Below, piece by piece: positions 27,458 through 36,318 of a DNA stretch of 64,000 nucleotides. The position numbers and the translations under genes were made by a program. Within the stretch, counting starts at the first letter, position 1. Every line of letters begins with the position of its first letter. The DNA comes from an uncultured Planctomycetales bacterium (GTDB lineage: Bacteria; Omnitrophota; Gorgyraeia; Zapsychrales; JAHFFX01), in NCBI GenBank assembly GCA_964372915.1, contig CAYJRN010000001.1, positions 100,305 through 164,304 of the forward strand. Reading direction: 5' to 3'. Under the pieces are notes generated by a model, which did not search any database, was not told the DNA's origin, and saw nothing but the letters and a program-made list of their open reading frames with translations.

Positions 27458-30106
27458 ATGACCGAATTATCCACGCGTTACAATCCGCAGGAAGTCGAAG
27501 ACAAATGGCGTCATTACTGGGAAGAGCATAATCTCTTTCAGGCTGTTCCAAATTCTCAGAAGAAACCTTTTACGATTGTCATTCCTCCTCCTAATGTGAC
27601 CGGCATCCTGCACATGGGACACGCCCTCAACAATACGCTGCAGGATATCCTCGTACGCTATAAACGCATGAAAGGGTTTGTTACCCTCTGGATGCCGGGC
27701 ACCGACCACGCCGGTATCGCCACGCAGAATGTCGTTGAGAAGCAACTGGCGAAAGAGGGGAAGCAACGCCAAGACTTGGGCCGCGAAGAATTCTTGAAAA
27801 AACTTTGGGAATGGAAACGCCAATACGGCGACACGATCATTCATCAGTTAAAAAAACTCGGCGCTTCCTGCGATTGGTCCCGCGCGCGCTTTACCATGGA
27901 CGATCCCTATAGCCAAGCTGTTACTCATGCTTTTGTCGAACTTTACAAGCAGGGCCTTATCTATCGCGGGCGGTACATCATCAACTGGTGCCCGCGCTGC
28001 CAAACGGCGCTTTCCGATGAAGAAGCCGAACACAAAGAGATTAAGGGGCACCTTTATCATTTGCGTTATCCTTTTAAAGATGATCCAAAAAAATTTGTGA
28101 CGGTGGCCACAACCCGTCCGGAAACCATGCTGGGCGACACGGCGGTTGCGGTTAATCCCAAAGATAAACGCTACAAAGGCCTTATTGGCAAAACGCTGAT
28201 TCTTCCCTTCTTGAAGCGGGAAATCCAAATCATTACTGATAGTTTTGTCGATCCCAAATTCGCAAGCGGAGCGGTTAAAGTCACGCCGGCCCACGATCCC
28301 AACGACTTTGCGATGGGCATCCGACACAAATTACCATTCATCAATATCCTGCATCCCGACGCGCGTCTGAACGAAAACGCCGGGGCGTTCGCGGGCAAGG
28401 ACCGTTTCGAAGGCCGTACGGCCGTCATCGAAGCCCTCAAGGAAAAAGGATTGCTGGAAAAAATCGAACCGCACACGCACGCCGTCGGACACTGTTACCG
28501 CTGCCATACGATCATCGAACCTTACCTGTCCAAACAATGGTTCGTCAAAATGAAACCTCTGGCCAAGCCGGCAATCGAAGTGGTCAAAAAAGGGAGGATC
28601 AAGTTCCATTCCAGCCGTTGGACTAAAGTCTACTTGAACTGGATGGAAAATATCCGCGACTGGTGTATTTCCCGCCAGATTTGGTGGGGCCATAGAATTC
28701 CGGTGTGGTATTGCGTGGGGGATTCGGCATGCAAATTGGAATGCCATCAGCCAATCGTTACTGAAACCAAACCCGAACGATGTCCTCATTGCGGATCTAA
28801 AAATCTCCAACAGGACGAGGATGTTTTAGACACGTGGTTCTCATCGTGGCTCTGGCCTTTCACGACACTCTATTGGCCGCAAAAAAGCAAAGACCTTGAG
28901 TATTTTTATCCGACCTCAGCGCTTTTCACGGCGCCGGAAATCATTTTCTTCTGGGTCGCGCGCATGATCATGGCAGGAATAAGATTCATGGGCGATATCC
29001 CATTCTCCGATGTCTATATCCACGGAACGGTGCGCGACAAAGAAGGCCGCAAGATGTCGAAGTCTTTGGGCAACGCCATCGATCCATTGGAAGTTATCAA
29101 AGAATTTGGGGCGGACGCGCTGCGCTTTAGCCTTATCGTCAACTCCGGCCAAGATATTTTTATCTCGAAAGAAAAATTTGAGATCGGTCGGAATTTCGCC
29201 AATAAAATCTGGAACGCCTCGCGGCTTGTTTTGATGAACGCCTCCCCCAAAGCACTTCAAAAAGACGCCTTCGAAAAACTCGACATCCAGAAGCTCGATA
29301 TCTACTCGCGCTGGATCATTTCGCAACTCCACTCGACGATTGAGAAGGTGAGTAAGTCCATTGAAAAATACCGTTTCTCCGAAGCGGAGACACTGCTTTA
29401 CGATTTCTTCTGGAAAAATTTCTGTGACTGGTATCTCGAAATGGTCAAGGATCGATTCGCAGAGATACAAACCCAAGCGGTGGCGGTGTACATTCTCAAA
29501 TCCTCGCTCAAACTCATGCACCCCTTTACGCCCTTTGTCACGGAAGAAATTTTCAACAAATTTTCATCTCAAAAAGGTTCGCTCGTTAAAGAAGAATGGC
29601 CGGCCGTTCAGAAAGAATTGATTAATAAAAAAATCAACGCGCAAATCAACCGGTTGATTGAAATCATCACCGTCATTCGAAATTTACGCTCCCAGTGGAA
29701 TATCGCCCCGCAGGAAAACATCGATGTGACGCTGGCTTGTTCGACAAAATCCGAAATCGCGTTCTTGAAAGAAATCTCCTCCAGTATTCAAAAACTCGGA
29801 AAAGTCAGGAACCTGTCGCTGACGAAAGAAATCCCGGCTCCCCCAGAAAGCGCTACCGGCCTCGTGGGAAAATTTAAAATCTTCATCCCCTTAAGCGGCA
29901 TTATTGATCTGGCCCAAGAAAAAGAAAAAATCTTGGGACAGCTCCAGGAGCAAAGGCAGGCGAGTAAAAACCTCTCTAACCGTCTCAAAAATAAAGAGTT
30001 CCTTAAAAAAGCCCCCCCGGAGGTGGTAAAAAAAGAGAGGGACCGCCTTACCACTCTCCAAACCAGAATCAAAGAACTCGAAAAAATCATCCTGGGCCTA
30101 AACTAG
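27458..30106 (+). CDS. valS: Valine--tRNA ligase
   Basis: HMGH (HIGH) and KMSKS motifs, ~880 aa, C-terminal coiled coil. Confidence 0.95.
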   Translation: MTELSTRYNPQEVEDKWRHYWEEHNLFQAVPNSQKKPFTIVIPPPNVTGILHMGHALNNTLQDILVRYKRMKGFVTLWMPGTDHAGIATQNVVEKQLAKEGKQRQDLGREEFLKKLWEWKRQYGDTIIHQLKKLGASCDWSRARFTMDDPYSQAVTHAFVELYKQGLIYRGRYIINWCPRCQTALSDEEAEHKEIKGHLYHLRYPFKDDPKKFVTVATTRPETMLGDTAVAVNPKDKRYKGLIGKTLILPFLKREIQIITDSFVDPKFASGAVKVTPAHDPNDFAMGIRHKLPFINILHPDARLNENAGAFAGKDRFEGRTAVIEALKEKGLLEKIEPHTHAVGHCYRCHTIIEPYLSKQWFVKMKPLAKPAIEVVKKGRIKFHSSRWTKVYLNWMENIRDWCISRQIWWGHRIPVWYCVGDSACKLECHQPIVTETKPERCPHCGSKNLQQDEDVLDTWFSSWLWPFTTLYWPQKSKDLEYFYPTSALFTAPEIIFFWVARMIMAGIRFMGDIPFSDVYIHGTVRDKEGRKMSKSLGNAIDPLEVIKEFGADALRFSLIVNSGQDIFISKEKFEIGRNFANKIWNASRLVLMNASPKALQKDAFEKLDIQKLDIYSRWIISQLHSTIEKVSKSIEKYRFSEAETLLYDFFWKNFCDWYLEMVKDRFAEIQTQAVAVYILKSSLKLMHPFTPFVTEEIFNKFSSQKGSLVKEEWPAVQKELINKKINAQINRLIEIITVIRNLRSQWNIAPQENIDVTLACSTKSEIAFLKEISSSIQKLGKVRNLSLTKEIPAPPESATGLVGKFKIFIPLSGIIDLAQEKEKILGQLQEQRQASKNLSNRLKNKEFLKKAPPEVVKKERDRLTTLQTRIKELEKIILGLN

Positions 30107-30211
30107 CCTTTCACTAAAATACTTCAAAATACTTCTAGCTTTTCAAATCCGCAGATGTTTTTATTTATTTCTATATGCTATACTTACAGCAGATAATAAA
30201 AGGCAAACTGC

Positions 30212-30239
30212 TTGAAAGAGCAGGACATCCCGCTATAAT
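30212..30239 (+). promoter_or_regulatory. Strong sigma70-type promoter (TTGAAA-16-TATAAT) with an AT-rich UP-like tract upstream
   Basis: cttgaaagagcaggacatcccgctataata. No protein-coding gene follows before the terminator at 30397. Confidence 0.5.
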
Positions 30240-30245
30240 AAAAAT

Positions 30246-30434
30246 GTTAGGTGGGATCGCTCCGATAGAAAAATGGAGTGGCAAAGCCACAGGTCTTCAA
30301 ACAGGATTGTGAATTAAGACAGCTGGGTTGCATTATTGAATAAGGTCTTCCATTCAACAGATTTCTACTGAATGGAAACGGAGTCTTGATAAACACAATC
30401 CTGTCCGGCAATAAAAAATGGACAGGATTTTTTT
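30246..30434 (+). ncRNA. Candidate small RNA (~190 nt) bounded by the promoter at 30212 and the terminator at 30397-30434
   Basis: Inference from a consensus-like promoter plus an intrinsic terminator with no ORF between them. Internal hairpins include ACAGGATTGTG...CACAATCCTGT. There are several GGA-containing motifs (CAGGATTG, ACGGAG). Confidence 0.35.
30397..30434 (+). terminator. Rho-independent terminator (AATCCTGTCC-loop-GGACAGGATT + T7)
   Basis: A 10-bp stem followed by TTTTTTT. Confidence 0.72.
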
Positions 30435-30526
30435 ATGAGCACTTAAGTTACGGAGCCTATGGCGACGGGACTTAATCGTGCGAATAACCCTCGAAGAGGG
30501 TTACACCATGGGAGAAAACGAGTTTA

Positions 30527-30913
30527 ATGTTTCGCGTAAAAAGAAAAATAGGATTCAGCCTCGCGGAATTGCTCATGGCAGTATTCATTCTATCGATTGG
30601 GATTGTGAGCTCGCTTTTTTTCTTTACGAGCGCGCTGATATCATCGGAATTCGCGCGGGACATGACGGAGGCCACAACCCATACGGAACATGTTCTGGAA
30701 GAAATGAAGACGCGCAGCTCTTTGTCGAACATCACGGGCACCAATTGGAGCAGTTGGGCATCGGGACAAAACGTGTTCACTCTGCCTAGTGAAACTTTAA
30801 CGGTGGCTTACGTGAACTCATCTGCCGATCCTTTAGACGTCCAGGCAACAACCTCCTGGACCAAGAAAAACAGGACGAACAACGTCTCTTTGAGAACACA
30901 GGTTCACAAATAA
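30527..30913 (+). CDS. Prepilin-type N-terminal cleavage/methylation domain protein (type IV pilin / pseudopilin-like)
   Basis: KIGFSLAELLMAVFIL is the class III signal peptide motif (G|FxLxE) followed by a hydrophobic helix. Confidence 0.7.
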   Translation: MFRVKRKIGFSLAELLMAVFILSIGIVSSLFFFTSALISSEFARDMTEATTHTEHVLEEMKTRSSLSNITGTNWSSWASGQNVFTLPSETLTVAYVNSSADPLDVQATTSWTKKNRTNNVSLRTQVHK

Positions 30914-30917
30914 GGTT

Positions 30918-31394
30918 ATGAACATCAAAAACGAAAAAGCCGTAACGCTCATTGAATTGATGGTCGCCACCTTGATTTTCAGCTTCCTGGTGGCCGGCAT
31001 CTACGCCGCGTTTCTAGCCGGGAACAGATCCTGGTCAACGCATGAGAACAACGTGGCTTTACAGCGAGATGCGCGGGGAGCCCTTTGGGTCATGGTGCCT
31101 GACTTAAGAGAGGCCAAGAGTGTTGTCATCACCCAAAGCTCAGGAAACACGGCGATCAGTTTTACAACTTTAACTTTGGGAAGCGTGTCGTACGCATGGA
31201 GCAACACGGGCGCCAGCGCCAACCAGATTATCCGAACCGTTGGTTCGAACACAAGAATCCTGGCAAGAAACATTAGCGCCATGGCCTTTACCGATCTGTC
31301 CAGCGCTATTCTCGTTGATATTACCTCCACGCGATCTGATTCGCTGGGAAAATCGGCAAACTTTAACTTAAAGGAAAAAATAGCGTATCGATAG
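30918..31394 (+). CDS. Pseudopilin-like protein with variant prepilin motif (Ala at -1)
   Basis: KAVTLIELMVATLIFSFL resembles the prepilin N-terminus, but the -1 position is Ala rather than Gly. Confidence 0.5.
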   Translation: MNIKNEKAVTLIELMVATLIFSFLVAGIYAAFLAGNRSWSTHENNVALQRDARGALWVMVPDLREAKSVVITQSSGNTAISFTTLTLGSVSYAWSNTGASANQIIRTVGSNTRILARNISAMAFTDLSSAILVDITSTRSDSLGKSANFNLKEKIAYR

Positions 31395-31416
31395 AACATA
31401 TTGAAGAAAGGAAGGA

Positions 31417-32553
31417 TTGTTGAATATGAAAAAAATTAATGATAAAGGTGTCGCGCTCATCTTTGGTTACTTTGTCATCTCGGCGCTTCTGACGCTCTCG
31501 GCTGGGTTTGCCTTATCGACAGTCAATGAATTGAACAACGCCCGCCGGTACAAGGATTCCGCAACCGCCTTTTGGACCGCCGAAGCGGGCCTCAACAAAT
31601 TCCTTGCCGATACGAATTTACTCAATACCACCAACCCGCAATCTTTTAGCGTTGGAAATTATTCGGTGACCCTGACTAAAACCGATGCCTCGAACAAACG
31701 CACGCTTGTGGCCACCAGCACCGCGGCGGGAAGCACGCGAGATTTGCAGATGGAATTTCCCGCCAACCCGCCTCCTATTTTTGATAACACTATGTCTTCC
31801 GGAGGAAATATCACCTTGAGTGGACTTCTGGGACAAATCAGCGTTTATGACAAAACCCGCCTGACCGGAAGTTTCTCAAAATCTGGCGCGGGAACATCGG
31901 CTTATTTCGAAGATAAAGTGGAAGGGGTCGCCAGCAGTTCGACGACCTTGACCTATCCAGATTCCGACAACAACGGGACCGCCGATCAATTCAACGATTT
32001 TGTTACGTTTAACCGGAATCTCCTTTCCACCTATAGTCCCAGCGAAGTCCTGTATATCCAAACAAACTCCACAACGACGATTACGCCCAGTCCCGCGCTG
32101 GCCGGAAAAAAAATCATTTATGTGGAAGGGACCTCCGCGGGAGCTGCGGACGTCAACCTCATTTTCGGCGCCACCTGGGCCGACAATCAAAATCTAACGG
32201 TTATTACAACGGGAACCCTTAATTACATTCAGCCCCTAACGGTTGCCACCAATTCGAAACTCAACACGATCGGATGGGAACGATATTATGAACCGTCCAT
32301 TCTTTTGAGCACTCACAAAGGTGTCACATACTCGCACGGTTCCGCCGATTATAAGGAACTTTTTGCTATCTCCACAACCATAGGAAGCGTTATCGGCAAG
32401 ACTGGTATAACCGCCAACGAAACAATCGCTCATAAAAAATTCTATTATGACCCGGCCCTCCAAGGCTCAGTTGTCCCTCCCGGCTTTGAAGGGCTGGTCA
32501 CCACCAGTAGCTCTGGCTATCAATCAACGCCGAGCACATGGAAGGAAATTTAA
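31417..32553 (+). CDS. PilX-N-like minor pilin / pseudopilin, Thr/Ser-rich, 378 aa
   Basis: KGVALIFGYFVISALLTLSAGFALS resembles the PilX N-terminal domain; the remainder is low complexity. Confidence 0.45.
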   Translation: MLNMKKINDKGVALIFGYFVISALLTLSAGFALSTVNELNNARRYKDSATAFWTAEAGLNKFLADTNLLNTTNPQSFSVGNYSVTLTKTDASNKRTLVATSTAAGSTRDLQMEFPANPPPIFDNTMSSGGNITLSGLLGQISVYDKTRLTGSFSKSGAGTSAYFEDKVEGVASSSTTLTYPDSDNNGTADQFNDFVTFNRNLLSTYSPSEVLYIQTNSTTTITPSPALAGKKIIYVEGTSAGAADVNLIFGATWADNQNLTVITTGTLNYIQPLTVATNSKLNTIGWERYYEPSILLSTHKGVTYSHGSADYKELFAISTTIGSVIGKTGITANETIAHKKFYYDPALQGSVVPPGFEGLVTTSSSGYQSTPSTWKEI

Positions 32554-32581
32554 ATTAAAAAAGTAACGCTGCCCCCAGAAT

Positions 32582-33124
32582 ATGTTTAAAAAAAACCCGA
32601 TTGCTTTATTATGCCTCGTCACCGTTGTGATCCTTTTTGCCACGCTTATTATCAATTCTTTGATCGAAAAGAATATGGCGCCCACTGCCGTGTCCCAATC
32701 CGCCATTCCTGTCTTGAAGGAAAAAGAACCTAAGGCCACCGGAGCCCAACAACCGGTTACGCATGAACTCATAGCTGAAAAAGATCCAGCCAAATACGGA
32801 ATCATTATCCAAGACGCGGCGGAGGTTCCCCGGACTCCAGCTCAATGGGACCGGTTTATGACGGAAGCCATCATCAAAAATAAGGTCCTGGAGCAACCCG
32901 GGGCTCAGCCGGCCGTTGAAGTGATGAAAAAGTCTCCGGAAGATTTCGAGGCTAGACAAAAAGAAATTGATGATCGGATCGCTCTATTTGAGAAAAAAAC
33001 ACAGGAAAATCCCAGCGATGCGGATGCCGAACATCATTTACAAACTCTTTACATGTTAAAAGCCTTAGGTAAAGTTCTCAAAAATAAGGTCACCGAGCCG
33101 CCTCTCAACTTACCCTCGCCTTAA
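32582..33124 (+). CDS. Membrane-anchored hypothetical protein (N-terminal TM, acidic coiled C-terminal region)
   Basis: ORF with an N-terminal hydrophobic anchor, co-directional with and close to the pilin-like genes. Confidence 0.35.
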   Translation: MFKKNPIALLCLVTVVILFATLIINSLIEKNMAPTAVSQSAIPVLKEKEPKATGAQQPVTHELIAEKDPAKYGIIIQDAAEVPRTPAQWDRFMTEAIIKNKVLEQPGAQPAVEVMKKSPEDFEARQKEIDDRIALFEKKTQENPSDADAEHHLQTLYMLKALGKVLKNKVTEPPLNLPSP

Positions 33125-33167
33125 CCCGCCATCACGGTATTGACTTCTCTCTCCATGGAGAATTATC

Positions 33168-34094
33168 TTGAAAGAACCATTCCCCGATACTATAATCCCT
33201 CTAAACCAAAAATTTCTTTCCATGAATAAACTCAACATCGATGAAATCATTACGCGGGCGCTCAAAGAAGACATTGGGGCCCGTGATATTACAACTGAGC
33301 TTTTAATCCCGCCTCAAAAAATTTCACGGGGTTTTATTATCTGCAAAGAAGAGGCGGTGATCTGCGGGCTTGAGATCGCCCGTTTGGTCTTTCAAAAGCT
33401 TGATCCTCGAGTAAAATTCCACTCTCGCTTTCGGGACAGCGACAAGGTTCCGGCATGGACAAAGGTTGCGGATCTGGAAGGAAAAACCCGGGGTCTCTTG
33501 ACGGCAGAAAGAGTCGCCTTAAATTTCTTGAGCTACCTTTCCGGCATCGCCACCAAGACCAGAAAATTTGTTGAACGGACTCGTCTTTATAAAACAAAAA
33601 TTTTGGATACAAGAAAAACCACGCCCACGCTGCGGGCCCTAGAGAAGTTCGCCGTAAAAAAGGGGGGAGGCACCAACCACCGTTTTGATTTAAGTGAGCA
33701 AGTCTTCCTGAAGGATAACCATTGGACAGCGTTAAAAGGGGCCGCCTCCCTTGCAGGGCTCGTTCAGAAAATCAAGAATTCCTCCTCAAAATCCATTTGC
33801 ATTGAGACCGCCAATCTCAAAGAATTCAACAAAGCTTTAAACGTAAAACCGGAAATTATCCTTCTGGATAATATGGATTTAAAATCAATGAAAGCAGCCG
33901 TGAAGATAGTAAGATCCATCAAAGGAAAAAAACCGGCGCTCGAGGCCTCAGGCGGGGTTACGCTTTCGAATGTCCGTTCAATCGCCCAAACCGGAGTAAA
34001 CCGTATTTCCGTTGGTGGACTGACGCATAGCCGAGAGGCCGTCGACTTTTCTCTGGAACTTGACCCATTCGACGTTGCTCAGGGTCAATCCTGA
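33168..34094 (+). CDS. nadC: Nicotinate-nucleotide pyrophosphorylase (quinolinate phosphoribosyltransferase)
   Basis: ALKEDIGARDITT N-terminus and QAPRTase fold length. The true start may be ATG 33222 (MNKLNIDEI...). Confidence 0.85.
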   Translation: MKEPFPDTIIPLNQKFLSMNKLNIDEIITRALKEDIGARDITTELLIPPQKISRGFIICKEEAVICGLEIARLVFQKLDPRVKFHSRFRDSDKVPAWTKVADLEGKTRGLLTAERVALNFLSYLSGIATKTRKFVERTRLYKTKILDTRKTTPTLRALEKFAVKKGGGTNHRFDLSEQVFLKDNHWTALKGAASLAGLVQKIKNSSSKSICIETANLKEFNKALNVKPEIILLDNMDLKSMKAAVKIVRSIKGKKPALEASGGVTLSNVRSIAQTGVNRISVGGLTHSREAVDFSLELDPFDVAQGQS

Positions 34095-34139
34095 GCGGTA
34101 CAAGTGTTTACGACAAGAGTCGAAGGATTGACTCATAAA

Positions 34140-34829
34140 ATGAATAATATCAAATACATATTTTTTTCCTTAATCTTCTTGGCAATGAGCATCGTCCCGC
34201 TGGGGGCCGAGAAAGCGGACCCGGCGGAAGGCGCCGGAACTGCTTCGAACACCGTGTTCGACGACAAACAGCTCCTGGATGGATACGCTCAAAGGTTTGA
34301 AAATGAACCTAAGGAAATCATCCTCGCGATGATCAAGGATGACACGCTGGCCTCGTACAAAACAGCCGCGGCCGTGAGGGTATTCAGACAAAAATACAGC
34401 GGCGAAGTTTTCCGTCGAGAAAAAAACTTGATCGAAAAATATTTACTGCGCCGGCTCAACATTACGGATTCCAGTTTTGTCCAAGTCGAAATCATGAATA
34501 CCCTTTGCGTTATGGATCGTTATAAGTACTTCAGTTCGATGGTCCCGGCCTTGCTGCAAAAGCTGGATCACTACAACAGCACGGTCAACGAGCTGGCTTA
34601 CAACGGCTTGACGGATATTTTTGAGAAAGGCAACAACCGGGCCGCGGAAGCGAAGCTTGTTTTTAATACTCTGCGAAAAGTTCTTTTCTTATCGCGCAAG
34701 CGACTCGCCAACATCAAGGAACCCACCCCCAGACTAAAACAGAAACTGGAGCTCCTGCGCTGGTCAATCAAAATTTTAGGCACTGAAGAACTTCAGCGTC
34801 TCCCTCCAGAGGTCATTAATCTCCTATAA
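34140..34829 (+). CDS. Secreted hypothetical protein (helical, function unknown)
   Basis: The signal peptide MNNIKYIFFSLIFLAMSIVPLGA begins at an internal ATG of the 34104 ORF. Confidence 0.35.
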   Translation: MNNIKYIFFSLIFLAMSIVPLGAEKADPAEGAGTASNTVFDDKQLLDGYAQRFENEPKEIILAMIKDDTLASYKTAAAVRVFRQKYSGEVFRREKNLIEKYLLRRLNITDSSFVQVEIMNTLCVMDRYKYFSSMVPALLQKLDHYNSTVNELAYNGLTDIFEKGNNRAAEAKLVFNTLRKVLFLSRKRLANIKEPTPRLKQKLELLRWSIKILGTEELQRLPPEVINLL

Positions 34830-34928
34830 AAATCTCAAAGATATAGTAAAATTTTACTACTTTTTCCTTGCAAAAACCGTTAATTCTGTTATATTTAGTT
34901 CAATATTTAGAAGATTCTTATCATCAAA

Positions 34929-35783
34929 ATGCTACTGAACCCCTTAACATTTTATGCCCCGCGGACGCTGCCTGAAGCCACCCAGCTCTATTCGAGCTTA
35001 GGGGAGGTCCGCCTACTGGCAGGCGGAACATTTTTACTCAACAGCCTCAAGCTGCTTAAAAAAAGGGGCATCAAAACACCTAAAAATATCATCAGTTTAA
35101 GGAAGCTTGAAGAACTCAAAGGCGTTTCGAGCGATGGCAATACGCTCTTAATCGGCTCCATGACGGTCATTAACGACCTTTTTAGTTCGCCTTGTCTTAA
35201 GGATAATCTCGCTGTCCTTAAGATCGTCTGCAGGAATATTTCGACGAACCCTATAAGAAATATGGCCACCGTGGGAGGGAACTTGACCAGCCGCTACACT
35301 TGGACCGAGCTTGGGAGCCCTTTAATCGCCTTGGAGGCCATGATGCATTTTGTCGGTCCCAATAACGAAAAAGAGGAATTGAGCGTCGAACAATTCTTCA
35401 AGAATGCGGCCAAAACCAACAAGATCTTGACGCATTTGACCATTGAGCGCGATGAGACAGCGACAGTGCGTTATCAACGCGTAAAAAAGTTGTCCGATGT
35501 TGATGTTCCGCTTTTAGGGGTGTGCCTAAGAACCCATTTTGACAAGAACCGTTTTACGAACACCCGGGTTTCTATTAACAGTGGCGTCATTTTCGCTAAA
35601 AGAGATTTGATTTTGGAAGAGTTCTTGAATGGTAAAACAGCCGATCCCAAGATTGCCCTTGAAGCCCTTGACCATCTCGACGTTTCGATTTATGATAACC
35701 GTAGCGACGATTACAAAAAAGCCATGTTTCGCGTAGCCATCAAAAATGTCATTTTGGATACGGTAAAGGGGAGGACATCATGA
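34929..35783 (+). CDS. Molybdenum hydroxylase FAD-binding (medium, CoxM/XdhB-like) subunit
   Basis: RLLAGGTFLL...ATVGGNL are FAD_binding_5 motifs; ~285 aa. Confidence 0.8.
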   Translation: MLLNPLTFYAPRTLPEATQLYSSLGEVRLLAGGTFLLNSLKLLKKRGIKTPKNIISLRKLEELKGVSSDGNTLLIGSMTVINDLFSSPCLKDNLAVLKIVCRNISTNPIRNMATVGGNLTSRYTWTELGSPLIALEAMMHFVGPNNEKEELSVEQFFKNAAKTNKILTHLTIERDETATVRYQRVKKLSDVDVPLLGVCLRTHFDKNRFTNTRVSINSGVIFAKRDLILEEFLNGKTADPKIALEALDHLDVSIYDNRSDDYKKAMFRVAIKNVILDTVKGRTS

Positions 35784-36280
35784 TTCTAAATATCAATAAA
35801 AAACAATTTACCGTGGACATCTGTGGCCACGAGACACTCCTTGAGGTCTTGCGCGACAAACTGGGAATGACCGGAACAAAAACCAGCTGCATGGAATCCG
35901 AATGCGGAGCCTGCACCGTCATCATCAATGAAAAGGCGGTCCTTTCCTGTATCACACTCGCGGCCAATGTCGCTGGGGAGGAGATCACCACCATCGAAGG
36001 CCTCGCTGAGGGAGAGAATCTTCATCCGGTCCAGCAAGCCTTTTTAGACAAAGGGGCTGCCCAATGCGGATTCTGCATTCCCGGGATGATCATGTCATGC
36101 ACAGCTTTGTTAGACCGAAATTCTCGGCCAACCCAGGAAGAGATTGAATACGCATTGGATGGAAACATTTGCCGCTGCACCGGCTATTTGAAGGTCTTCG
36201 AAGCCATCCGGGACGCCGGCGGGAAGATGCAGCACATTGAAGAGCCCAGAGAAGCCACACTTTATCAATATACTCCTTAA
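35780..36280 (+). CDS. Molybdenum hydroxylase [2Fe-2S] (small, CoxS-like) subunit
   Basis: CxxGxCGAC (CMESECGACT) plus the second cluster motif CGFCxPG...CRCTGY. Confidence 0.85.
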   Translation: MILNINKKQFTVDICGHETLLEVLRDKLGMTGTKTSCMESECGACTVIINEKAVLSCITLAANVAGEEITTIEGLAEGENLHPVQQAFLDKGAAQCGFCIPGMIMSCTALLDRNSRPTQEEIEYALDGNICRCTGYLKVFEAIRDAGGKMQHIEEPREATLYQYTP

Positions 36281-36318
36281 AATCTCTTCCTCTCGATAAT
36301 CAAAATAAGGACCAGCTC

